Shown here piece after piece: positions 19,121 to 27,660 of a stretch of 64,000 nt of DNA. Source of the DNA: an uncultured Legionellales bacterium. Lineage in GTDB: Bacteria; Pseudomonadota; Gammaproteobacteria; Eutrophobiales; Eutrophobiaceae. A program made the translations under genes and the position numbers. Each line of letters opens with the position of its first letter. The first letter of the stretch is position 1. The stretch is taken from positions 19,994-83,993 of the forward strand of contig CAJWRJ010000003.1 of assembly GCA_913046215.1 (NCBI GenBank), read 5' to 3'. Under the pieces are notes generated by a model that made no database searches, was not told the DNA's origin, and worked only from the letters and a program-made list of their open reading frames with translations.

Positions 19121-19834
19121 ATGAGCCAAGAACAGGATAAAATATTTTTTAGAAATTTCTCACTTGTATTAGCTCTGATCGCATTAATGATGGTGGCTTT
19201 CTATGCTATAGCTAAATTGACAACTACTAAGAAACAAAATACTGTCGAAATAGAAGTAAAAGAAAATAATGAAATAATTAGTATGGCCGGGGACCCAACT
19301 AAGGGTAAATCTCTTTCTCAACCATGCGCTGCTTGTCATGGAAATGATGGCAATAGTATTAATCCAATCTGGCCAAAACTAGCAGGGCAACACTCTTCAT
19401 ATATTTTTAAACAATTAAGTAATTTTAAAAGTGGAGATAGAGTCAACGCCCAAATGACTGCAATGGTTGCTAATTTAAGTGAACAAGATATGAAAGATCT
19501 GGGAGCATATTTCGAAAGTGAAAATATTAAACTAGGCTTTTCAAATCCAGATTTAATTGATTTAGGTCAAAAAATATACAGAGCTGGTAATAAAGATACC
19601 GGGGTTCCTGCATGCATGGCTTGCCATGGACCAACTGGTAAAGGAAATCCAAGTGCAATTTACCCTATAATACAAGGTCAACATGCCGAATATATTACGA
19701 CCCAATTGAAAATGTTTAAATCTGGTGAAAGGAAAAATGATTTAAATGCGGTAATGCGAACAACTGCTAGCTACATGACAGAAGCTGAAATTATCGCTGT
19801 TTCCGAATACATTCAAGGACTTCGTAGGAATTAA
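19121..19834 (+). CDS. diheme cytochrome c4, membrane-anchored
   Basis: Two CxxCH motifs (CAACH, CMACH), an N-terminal TM helix, and a position divergent from engB and upstream of dsbA. Confidence 0.85.
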   Translation: MSQEQDKIFFRNFSLVLALIALMMVAFYAIAKLTTTKKQNTVEIEVKENNEIISMAGDPTKGKSLSQPCAACHGNDGNSINPIWPKLAGQHSSYIFKQLSNFKSGDRVNAQMTAMVANLSEQDMKDLGAYFESENIKLGFSNPDLIDLGQKIYRAGNKDTGVPACMACHGPTGKGNPSAIYPIIQGQHAEYITTQLKMFKSGERKNDLNAVMRTTASYMTEAEIIAVSEYIQGLRRN

Positions 19835-19912
19835 ATTTTATTGCACAAAATAGAAAGTTTAAGGTCTAAAGGCTATTAATAAGAGAACTATTGATATTTG
19901 AAGGAAATTAAT

Positions 19913-20530
19913 ATGAAAAGAATAACTAATTATCTAACATTTTTCTGCCTTATTACATTTTTTAGTCAAGTGCATGCTTTTGACGGCTATATTGAGATTA
20001 CACCACCGCAACCAACACAAGCGGAAAACCAAATCGAAGTTCTTGAAATATTTTGGTATGGATGCCCACATTGCTATGATTTCGAACCATTCATAAATGA
20101 CTGGCTTAAAACAAAACCTGACAATGTAATGTTCAGAAGAATGCCGGGTATATTTCAAAAAAGTTGGATCCCGCATGCTAAAGCCTACTATACTGCAGAA
20201 AAATTAGGTGTGTTAAATAGTATACATAATGCAATGTTCAAGGCAATTCACCAAAAGAAGAAAAAATTATCAAATGATTCATCCATAAAAAAGTTTTTTA
20301 TAAATAACAATGTAAGCAAAAGTGATTTCAAAAAAACTTATGAATCGGATGAAATCAATACTAAAATAAAACAAGCCTATATAATGGGTCAACGTTACAA
20401 AATAACTGGAGTTCCTGCAGTTATAGTCAATGGAAAATATATGGTGAGTGGCACGACAGCTGGCGGTTTCGAAAATATGATTAAGGTTATTAATTTATTG
20501 ATTGAACAAGAAAGTTCAGTCACAGAATAG
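19913..20530 (+). CDS. dsbA: thiol:disulfide interchange protein DsbA
   Basis: Signal peptide and active site WYGCPHC. I use the ATG at 19913 rather than the track's TTG at 19898. Confidence 0.9.
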   Translation: MKRITNYLTFFCLITFFSQVHAFDGYIEITPPQPTQAENQIEVLEIFWYGCPHCYDFEPFINDWLKTKPDNVMFRRMPGIFQKSWIPHAKAYYTAEKLGVLNSIHNAMFKAIHQKKKKLSNDSSIKKFFINNNVSKSDFKKTYESDEINTKIKQAYIMGQRYKITGVPAVIVNGKYMVSGTTAGGFENMIKVINLLIEQESSVTE

Positions 20531-20575
20531 AATCCTATAAACGCCCTATTCATATTCTTAATCTCGCAAAAAAAA

Positions 20576-20598
20576 AGGACCTTAATGGTCCTTTTTTT
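20576..20598. terminator. bidirectional intrinsic terminator between dsbA and pqqA
   Basis: AGGACC-ttaat-GGTCCT, flanked by an A-run upstream and a T-run downstream, so a U-tract follows the hairpin on both strands. Confidence 0.7.
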
Positions 20599-20621
20599 GT
20601 CTTCTTTGCGAGAAGGAAGTT

Positions 20622-20696
20622 TTATTTGTTGTTAATGTACATGGTTACTTCAAAACCAAAACGAATATCGCTGTACTCAGGTGTTTCCCATTTCAT
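20622..20696 (-). CDS. pqqA: PqqA-like peptide (coenzyme PQQ precursor family), 24 aa
   Basis: Manual translation gives MKWETPEYSDIRFGFEVTMYINNK, which carries the PqqA hallmark D-[IL]-R-x-G-F-E-V-T-M-Y (Glu-x3-Tyr). GAGGG lies 8 nt upstream of the ATG. It is too short for the ORF track. Confidence 0.75.
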   Translation of the reverse strand: MKWETPEYSDIRFGFEVTMYINNK

Positions 20697-20748
20697 GTTA
20701 TTACCCTCTTTTTTTAACGTTAAAAAAATACTACTTGTGCCTTAAGTA

Positions 20749-20766
20749 ATGCAGTTAACGTGCCAA
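20749..20766 (-). promoter_or_regulatory. sigma-54 (-24/-12) type promoter directed at pqqA
   Basis: The minus strand reads TTGGCACGTTAACTGCAT, against the consensus TGGCACG-N4-TTGCW. It matches 11 of 12 defined positions with correct GG/GC spacing. The predicted transcription start is near 20739. Confidence 0.5.
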
Positions 20767-20850
20767 ATTAGTAAAAATTATGATAATTCTATATAAAACA
20801 ATAATTTATGATAATTTTATAAATCTAAAAAAAAAATAATGTGTTTTTTT

Positions 20851-20889
20851 TTGGTTCCGAATAACCAATAAAATGGTTAAAAACAACCA
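20851..20889. promoter_or_regulatory. two phased palindromes (possible enhancer/activator sites)
   Basis: TTGGTT-ccgaat-AACCAA (20851-20868) and TGGTT-aaaaac-AACCA (20874-20889). Their centres are 22 bp apart and lie about 120 and 142 bp upstream of the predicted sigma-54 start. Confidence 0.35.
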
Positions 20890-21000
20890 ATTTTATAAAA
20901 ATATGGATATAAAATACAGATTTAGTCACCACTTTATGCTAAATTCGCCGCCTTTTTTTATAGATATATATAATGAAATTATGATCAAAATACATAAAAC

Positions 21001-22161
21001 TTGGGATATAAAGCTTTGAGTTCACCTCGAATTGGAATTATTGGCGGGGGGCAACTAGCAAAGATGATGGCGATTTCAGCCATGAAATTTGGCTTTAATA
21101 TTTTTATACTCGAAAAATCACAAAATAGCCCCTCTGAAAGTTTAGCATCTGAAATACTTTATGGTGACTGGGATGACCCTAATAATTTACTGGCGCTAGC
21201 AAAAAAGGTGGATATTGTAACTTTGGAAAATGAATTTGTTGATGCAAAAAGCCTAAAAGTACTGGAGGAAAAAGGATATAAATTATTCCCATCCTCTACT
21301 ACTATTAATTTGGTACAAGATAAGTTAATGCAGAAACAAGTCTTAAGCGATGCTGGTGTTAAAGTAGCGCCATTCGCAAAAGTCGATTCTAAAAATGATA
21401 TCTATCGTGAAGCTAAAAGACTTGGCTGGCCAGTAATTTTAAAAACGAGACGTAATGGTTATGACGGAAAGGGTAACGTAACAATACGGGACGAAAAAGA
21501 TATAGATTCTGCATGGGAAAAATTAAATGGTGATCAACGAAAATTATATGTTGAAGGATTTTGCGATTTTAAATCTGAATTAGCTACAATGGTCACTAGA
21601 AGTATCGAGGGTGAAATTGCAATGTACCCTATTGTCGAATCAATACAGAATAATCATATATGTCACACTGTAAAAGCTCCTGCCAGTATTAAAAAAGAAA
21701 TTGCTGACATGGCATATGAATTATCAAAAAAAGCAGTCGAAATCATCAATGGTGTCGGAACAATTGGGATTGAAATGTTTTATAAAGATGGGGAAGTGAT
21801 ACTTAATGAAATGGCTCCCCGAGTACATAACAGTGGTCACTATACTATAGAGGCATGCGAATGTTCGCAATTTGAGAATCACATCAGAGCAATTCTTGGT
21901 TTACCTCTCGGTTCAACAAAAATGATTGTGCCAGCGGCGGTTATGGTTAATATGCTTGGGAGAGGAAATGGTGATGGATCTCCAAATGGAATTGAAGAGG
22001 CATTAAAAATAAATAACGCATATATACATGTTTATGGAAAACAAACTAGCAATACAGAAAGAAAAATGGGGCATGTCACTGCATTGGGATCAAGTATTAA
22101 TGAAGCAGAAAAAGTTGCTAGTAAAGCTGCGTCATTAATTTATTTTGGAGAAAAATCATGA
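21001..22161 (+). CDS. purK: N5-carboxyaminoimidazole ribonucleotide synthase
   Basis: ATP-grasp protein with [12 protein letters not shown]. It overlaps purE by 4 nt. There is no in-frame ATG near the start, so the start is the TTG at 21001 or the TTG at 21016. Confidence 0.9.
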   Translation: MGYKALSSPRIGIIGGGQLAKMMAISAMKFGFNIFILEKSQNSPSESLASEILYGDWDDPNNLLALAKKVDIVTLENEFVDAKSLKVLEEKGYKLFPSSTTINLVQDKLMQKQVLSDAGVKVAPFAKVDSKNDIYREAKRLGWPVILKTRRNGYDGKGNVTIRDEKDIDSAWEKLNGDQRKLYVEGFCDFKSELATMVTRSIEGEIAMYPIVESIQNNHICHTVKAPASIKKEIADMAYELSKKAVEIINGVGTIGIEMFYKDGEVILNEMAPRVHNSGHYTIEACECSQFENHIRAILGLPLGSTKMIVPAAVMVNMLGRGNGDGSPNGIEEALKINNAYIHVYGKQTSNTERKMGHVTALGSSINEAEKVASKAASLIYFGEKS

Positions 22162-22652
22162 CAAGCAAAAAAGCTTTAATCGGAGTAATAATGGGTAGTG
22201 ACTCTGATTGGAAAACACTCGAGGCTGCAACAAAAGTTTGTGAAGATTTTTCTGTCCCATATGAAGCTCATGTAGTCTCAGCACATCGTACACCTGATGA
22301 TATGTTTGATTATGCAAAAAACGCTCATAAAAAAGGTTTAAAAATCATTATAGCTGGTGCGGGTGGTGCTGCTCATCTGCCTGGTATGGTAGCAAGCAAT
22401 ACTCCGCTTCCAGTAATCGGAGTCCCGATAAAAACAGAATCATTAAGTGGAATGGATGCTTTACTTTCTATTGTTCAAATGCCAAATGGTGTTCCAGTTG
22501 CCACCGTTGCTATTGGTGCGGCAAGAAATGCAGCTTTATTAGCAATAGAAATATTAGCAACTAATAATCAAGAATTAACGGACAAGCTTATTGCTTATAA
22601 AAATGAAATTGCTGATGAATCGAGAAAAAAAGATAAACTAATAAAAAAATAA
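22158..22652 (+). CDS. purE: N5-CAIR mutase
   Basis: Motifs GSDSDW and [10 protein letters not shown]. Confidence 0.95.
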   Translation: MTSKKALIGVIMGSDSDWKTLEAATKVCEDFSVPYEAHVVSAHRTPDDMFDYAKNAHKKGLKIIIAGAGGAAHLPGMVASNTPLPVIGVPIKTESLSGMDALLSIVQMPNGVPVATVAIGAARNAALLAIEILATNNQELTDKLIAYKNEIADESRKKDKLIKK

Positions 22653-22654
22653 GA

Positions 22655-23383
22655 TTAACTAGCAAAAACGGTTGATTTCCAGTTTTTATATAATAATTCT
22701 GCACAATAATTAAAGTTATCTATTTTTTTTAACACGTCTTCCTCTAATTTTTTTACAGCATCCTTACCTAAACTATCTTCTAGTGATTTTTTATATTCGG
22801 GAACTTTGCTCCAATCTGAAATTGTAGCTTTTGTAATCTCCTGATGATATTGAACGCTAAAAGCTTTTTTTTCCAAAGCAAGCGATTGAATTGAACAGTT
22901 TTCTGATTCAGCTAATACACTAAAACCATTAGGGATAGTCTTAACTTCCGCTGAATGCCATTGTAATGTTTCCATTGTATTAGGCAAACCTAGAAGAAAT
23001 GGGGATTCACTCCCAGCTAAAGTTTTTTTAACAGGTAAAATACCAACCTCAGCTTTCCCGCATGGTCCTACCTCTGCTCCAAAAGCACTAGCGAGTAATT
23101 GATGTCCTAAACAAATACCCATAAATGGGATGTTCAAATCAATAATTGCCTCTCTAATAGTAGAAATTTCGTCAATTAACCACGGATATTTTTCTTTTTC
23201 CCATACATCCATAGGCCCTCCCATAACCCATAGTGCATCATAATTTCTTAAATTTGGGATACGCTCACCCTGATCAAGTTCAATTGTATGAATATTAAAA
23301 CTATCGCGCTGGAGAAAACTCCTAAAAATACCAGGATGCTCAACATTAAGATGTTGGAGTATAAGAATTGAATTTCGAATCAC
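22655..23383 (-). CDS. stand-alone class I glutamine amidotransferase
   Basis: Nucleophile elbow GICLGHQ and a later H-x-E (YHQE), 242 aa. No synthase partner is adjacent. Confidence 0.75.
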   Translation of the reverse strand: MIRNSILILQHLNVEHPGIFRSFLQRDSFNIHTIELDQGERIPNLRNYDALWVMGGPMDVWEKEKYPWLIDEISTIREAIIDLNIPFMGICLGHQLLASAFGAEVGPCGKAEVGILPVKKTLAGSESPFLLGLPNTMETLQWHSAEVKTIPNGFSVLAESENCSIQSLALEKKAFSVQYHQEITKATISDWSKVPEYKKSLEDSLGKDAVKKLEEDVLKKIDNFNYCAELLYKNWKSTVFAS

Positions 23384-23419
23384 TTTTTATTCTTTGTGTT
23401 TTTTCATCAATACATTAAT

Positions 23420-23496
23420 TGGTGCGCCTGAGAGGATTCGAACCCCTGACCTCGGCCTCCGGAGGGCCGCGCTCTATCCAGCTGAGCTACAGACGC
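23420..23496 (-). tRNA. tRNA-Arg (anticodon CCG)
   Basis: The reverse complement reads GCGTCTGTAGCTCAGCTGGATAGAGCGCGGCCCTCCGGAGGCCGAGGTCAGGGGTTCGAATCCTCTCAGGCGCACCA. The anticodon loop is CTCCGGA and CCA is encoded. Confidence 0.9.
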
Positions 23497-23704
23497 ATAT
23501 ACGTAATAAGACTAATAATCACAAATTAAGTCGATTTTTCGGAAAAAATACATTTACTTAAACGCCTCGTAACAATTAGTATAAGTTTACACGGCTTTTT
23601 TGCAATAACCGTAGTTTCCTCAGCTACATACAATAGGTATAATCTTCATTTCATATAATTAAATAAACAATAAATATTACATATTTGCTCCCGAGGTTAC
23701 ATCC

Positions 23705-24202
23705 ATGAGTCAAGAACAAGATAAAATATTTTTCAGAAACTTTTCTCTAATACTCGCATTTATTGCTGCAATGATGGTAGCGTTTTATATTATTGCTGAT
23801 ATGGTCACAAAGCATGGAGAAAATGCCGACGCTCTAAACAATTCTATTAGTGTCAATGAACTCACTAAACCGGTTGGAAAAGCAGCATTGGCAGGAAGAG
23901 AGGAAGAAAATAATCAAAATGAGATAGTGGCTGACACAGCAAGTAATAATGGTGAATCTGTTTACAATGGACTTTGTGTCAACTGCCACGGGATTGCCGC
24001 ACTAGCATCAATGATCCCACAAGCTGGCGATGCAACAGCATGGAAAACGCGAATCGGAAAAGGTATGGACTCTTTATATAGTAATGCGATAAATGGCTAT
24101 ACTGGAGAGATGGGTATGATGCCAGCAAGAGGTGGCAACCCGAATCTTACTGATGATGAAGTAAAAGCAGCTGTTGATTACATCGTAAATTTATCACAAT
24201 AA
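23705..24202 (+). CDS. monoheme class I cytochrome c (c5-like), membrane-anchored
   Basis: One CxxCH (CVNCH) and the distal Met region GMMPARGG. The N-terminal 33 aa are nearly identical to those of the c4 gene at 19121. Confidence 0.8.
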   Translation: MSQEQDKIFFRNFSLILAFIAAMMVAFYIIADMVTKHGENADALNNSISVNELTKPVGKAALAGREEENNQNEIVADTASNNGESVYNGLCVNCHGIAALASMIPQAGDATAWKTRIGKGMDSLYSNAINGYTGEMGMMPARGGNPNLTDDEVKAAVDYIVNLSQ

Positions 24203-24235
24203 AATAATTAGTCACTAAACATTAAAAATTATTTC

Positions 24236-25369
24236 TCATTTTAATTCCAAACTCTTTTGATACGCTTCGTCTGAAAGTTTGTTCCAATTACTATAATTTG
24301 ATCTGAAACTTTCATAAGCATCATATACCTGTTTGAACCTTGGATTATTTTTTTCATTCATTAATGTTGCTGCCTCTTCATCAAGCGTCTTTTTTGTCAG
24401 TAATTTAAGTTTTAAAAGAAGATCATCTGGAAACTTAAGAATTTCTACATTCTCTTTTTCTCTTAATACAGCTAATGCTTGTTGGTTGTGAAATTCCATT
24501 TGTGCGTATATCCATTCGCTTACTGCCCCCGCTGCAACCTCAACTATTTTTTGTAAATCTTCTGGTAATAGTTCCCATTTTGATTTATTAATCATTAACT
24601 CAAAGACGGTACCCGGCTCATGCCAACCAGGATAGTAATAATACCTTGCAGTTCTATCCAACCCCAAGCGTAAGTCATGAAAAGGTGAAACCCACTCAGT
24701 AGCATCAATTGCTCCTCGCTCTAATGCAGTGTAAATTTCACTACCTGCCATTAATACAGTATTGCCTCCAGCCTCTTTAAAAACCTTCCCTCCCAAACCT
24801 GGAATTCTCATACGTAATCCTTTAATGTCATTTAGAGAATTTATTTTCTTTTTGAACCAGCCCCCCATTTGTACTCCGGTATTACCCATTGGGAATACCA
24901 TTAAATTAAAAGGCTCGTAGATTTGTTGCCACAATAAAAGTCCGCCACCATTATATAACCATGCATTCATTCCTTTTGCAGTCATCCCAAATGGAACTGA
25001 AGAAAAAAATTGTGCTTCTGGTATCGTGCCTGCCCAGTAATAAGGTGACCCATGACCCATCTCAACAGTGCCTTGAGATACGGCATCAAATACCTGAAGA
25101 GCTGGAACAAGTTCACCGCCAGCGTAAACATTAATATTTAATCGCCCGTTACTCATCACACGAACTTCATCTGCAAATCTTTCAGCCCCCTCTTGAAATA
25201 TCGGAAAGTTTGATGGCCATGTTGTAACCATTTTCCATCTAAATACCTCCATAGAAGTACTAGACGATGCGTTATTTTGAATCGTTTCTACTTTGTCACT
25301 GCATGCTGTAATAAAAAAAATTACGAGCAACAAAAAGAATACAGAAAATTTATACATTTTTATTTCCAA
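24236..25369 (-). CDS. TRAP-transporter DctP-family solute-binding protein, predicted lipoprotein
   Basis: 377 aa with a signal peptide and lipobox FITAC. Composition is DctP-like (WKMVTTWP, GGWF). No dctQ or dctM is adjacent. Confidence 0.75.
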   Translation of the reverse strand: MEIKMYKFSVFFLLLVIFFITACSDKVETIQNNASSSTSMEVFRWKMVTTWPSNFPIFQEGAERFADEVRVMSNGRLNINVYAGGELVPALQVFDAVSQGTVEMGHGSPYYWAGTIPEAQFFSSVPFGMTAKGMNAWLYNGGGLLLWQQIYEPFNLMVFPMGNTGVQMGGWFKKKINSLNDIKGLRMRIPGLGGKVFKEAGGNTVLMAGSEIYTALERGAIDATEWVSPFHDLRLGLDRTARYYYYPGWHEPGTVFELMINKSKWELLPEDLQKIVEVAAGAVSEWIYAQMEFHNQQALAVLREKENVEILKFPDDLLLKLKLLTKKTLDEEAATLMNEKNNPRFKQVYDAYESFRSNYSNWNKLSDEAYQKSLELK

Positions 25370-25376
25370 TAATAAT

Positions 25377-27539
25377 CTAAACTAATTGAAGATTAGCATA
25401 GGAAGCAACCAACCATTTGCTTCCCTCTTTTTCGAAATTAACTTCAATTCTCATGTGGCTACCACTTCCTTCTAAATTTAAAATAGTGCCTTCTCCAAAT
25501 TTTTCATGCACTACTCGTCGACCAAGAGTTAATTCTTCGGATGCATTATTATCATTTGTTAGGCTTTTTGTTAATAACTTATTAGTAATGCTACCACCTA
25601 ATCTTATTTCACATAGTAATTCCGAAGGTATTTCATTAATAAATCTAGAGGGTCTTGGATAATAGTCTGATCCATGTAATCGACGAAATTGCGTATATGT
25701 CAATACTAATGCTTTTTTCGCTCTTGTCATACCAACATAACAAAGTCTTCTCTCCTCTTCTAACTGTTTTAAATCGCCACTACTTCTTTGATGTGGGAAT
25801 AATCCTTCTTCCATGCCTACGAGATAAATGGATGGGAATTCAAGACCCTTTGCGGAATGCAAAGTCATCAAATGAACACAATCTGTTTGATCGCCAGATT
25901 GTGTTTCTCCAGACTCTAGTGCTGCATGAGCAAGGAATGCCTGCATAGGGCTTATGCCATCTGATTCTTCCTCATCGTCTAATTGAAATTCAGATGCAGC
26001 TTTAACAAGTTCCTCAAGATTTTCAATTCTTGCAAGCCCTTTTTCGCCTTTTTCTTTTTTAAAATGTTCAATAAGACCACTGAGTTTTATTATTTGATCA
26101 ACTTGCTCATCAATTGTATAACCTTCTTTTATTGCGGATATTTTCTTAATTAATTTAATTAATTCCTCTAATGCATTTATAGCACGTGCGCTTAGAAGCT
26201 TATTCTCAATAATATGTAATATGGACCTCCATAGAGAACAATTATTTGTTTTTGCAATTGATCGTAATTCATTAATTGTTTTATTTCCTATGCCGCGTGC
26301 TGGTGTATTGATAATGCGTTCGAATGAAACATCATCATCCTGATAAAAAGCTAAGCGTATATATGCAAGAGCATCTTTTATTTCCATTCGCTCATAAAAA
26401 CGTAGGCTACCAAATACTCGGTACGGAATTTTTTCTCGCAACAAGGACTCTTCTAAAACGCGAGACTGTGCAGTAACTCGATATAAAATAGCATGTTCAC
26501 GAAAATTCATATCATGCTCTTGTGACTTTTTAATTTGGCTTACTACATAATTTGCCTCGTCTATATCGTTGCTAGCCATATAAACATCAATAGGATCGCC
26601 ATCTTCGCCATCTGACCAAAGATTTTTACCCAATCGGGAGCTATTATTGCCTATAAGTTTATTAGCTGCTTTGAGTATGGTTGTGGTTGATCGATAATTT
26701 TGCTCGAGCTTTAGTAGTTTTGTATTTTCAAAATCTCTCTTAAATGCTTGCATATTTTCAACACACGCGCCTCGCCAACTATATATTGATTGATCATCAT
26801 CACCAACAGCAAATAAAGTATTATCATTGCTTATCAATAAGCCTAACCACTTATACTGTAATTCATTTGTATCTTGAAACTCATCGACTAAAATATGTTT
26901 GAATCTTTGCTGATAGTATTTACGTATTATTTCGTTACTCTCAAATAGCTCATATGTTCTTAATAGAAGCTCGGCAAAATCCACAGCGCCGGAACGATCA
27001 CAAGTTTCTTGATAGGTCTTATAAATCCTTGCCATTTCCATTACTGTTGGATCATCATCTTTAATATCATCAGGTCTTAATCCCTTGTCTTTTTGTGAAT
27101 TAATATACCACTGCACCTCTTTTGGCGGGTATTGAGAATCATCAAGCATCATTGCGCGTATCGTTCTTCTGATTGTTCTATATTGGTCTTCATTATCTAA
27201 TATTTGAAAATTTTCGTGTAAATTAGCATCTTGCCAATGCGATCTTAACAAGCGGTGACAAAGAGAATGAAATGTGCCTACCCACATACCTCGGGTGGAT
27301 TGTCCTAAAAGTTTTTCAATTCTAGAACGCATCTCAGCAGCTGCTTTGTTAGTGAATGTTACAGCTAGAATACTATGTGGGCTCGCCTCGCCGGTTGCGA
27401 TATACCAAGCAATACGATGTACTAAAACACGTGTTTTTCCGCTACCAGCGCCTGCCAAAATTAGTAGATTACAACAAGGGGCGCCGACTGCATCACGTTG
27501 GTTCTCATTTAATGAATCAAGTATATGGGATACATCCAT
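25377..27539 (-). CDS. uvrD: DNA helicase II
   Basis: 720 aa. The N-terminus MDVSHILDSLNENQRDAVGAP...GAGSGKTRVLVHRIAW is near-colinear with E. coli UvrD. Confidence 0.95.
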   Translation of the reverse strand: MDVSHILDSLNENQRDAVGAPCCNLLILAGAGSGKTRVLVHRIAWYIATGEASPHSILAVTFTNKAAAEMRSRIEKLLGQSTRGMWVGTFHSLCHRLLRSHWQDANLHENFQILDNEDQYRTIRRTIRAMMLDDSQYPPKEVQWYINSQKDKGLRPDDIKDDDPTVMEMARIYKTYQETCDRSGAVDFAELLLRTYELFESNEIIRKYYQQRFKHILVDEFQDTNELQYKWLGLLISNDNTLFAVGDDDQSIYSWRGACVENMQAFKRDFENTKLLKLEQNYRSTTTILKAANKLIGNNSSRLGKNLWSDGEDGDPIDVYMASNDIDEANYVVSQIKKSQEHDMNFREHAILYRVTAQSRVLEESLLREKIPYRVFGSLRFYERMEIKDALAYIRLAFYQDDDVSFERIINTPARGIGNKTINELRSIAKTNNCSLWRSILHIIENKLLSARAINALEELIKLIKKISAIKEGYTIDEQVDQIIKLSGLIEHFKKEKGEKGLARIENLEELVKAASEFQLDDEEESDGISPMQAFLAHAALESGETQSGDQTDCVHLMTLHSAKGLEFPSIYLVGMEEGLFPHQRSSGDLKQLEEERRLCYVGMTRAKKALVLTYTQFRRLHGSDYYPRPSRFINEIPSELLCEIRLGGSITNKLLTKSLTNDNNASEELTLGRRVVHEKFGEGTILNLEGSGSHMRIEVNFEKEGSKWLVASYANLQLV

Positions 27540-27660
27540 AAACTAATTGTACTGAAATGTGTCGCACTATTGAATTATTGCTGCCACAATAAGGGGAAAT
27601 GACAAAATACTTAGTTTTTATAATTTTAAATAATTAAATACGGTTAGAAAGGGTTCTTCA

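Noticed and set aside
20709-20728. PurR operator reading of the T7-AACGTT-A7 palindrome
   Set aside because: Only the central AACGTT matches, and the GCAA/TTGC flanks of the PurR box are absent. It also lies about 290 bp from purK. I kept it only as an unexplained palindrome.
27550-27568. LexA/SOS-box-like sequence upstream of uvrD (CTGA-N8-GCAC)
   Set aside because: It matches only about 5 of the 8 conserved positions of CTGT-N8-ACAG, and the critical CAG half-site is CAC.
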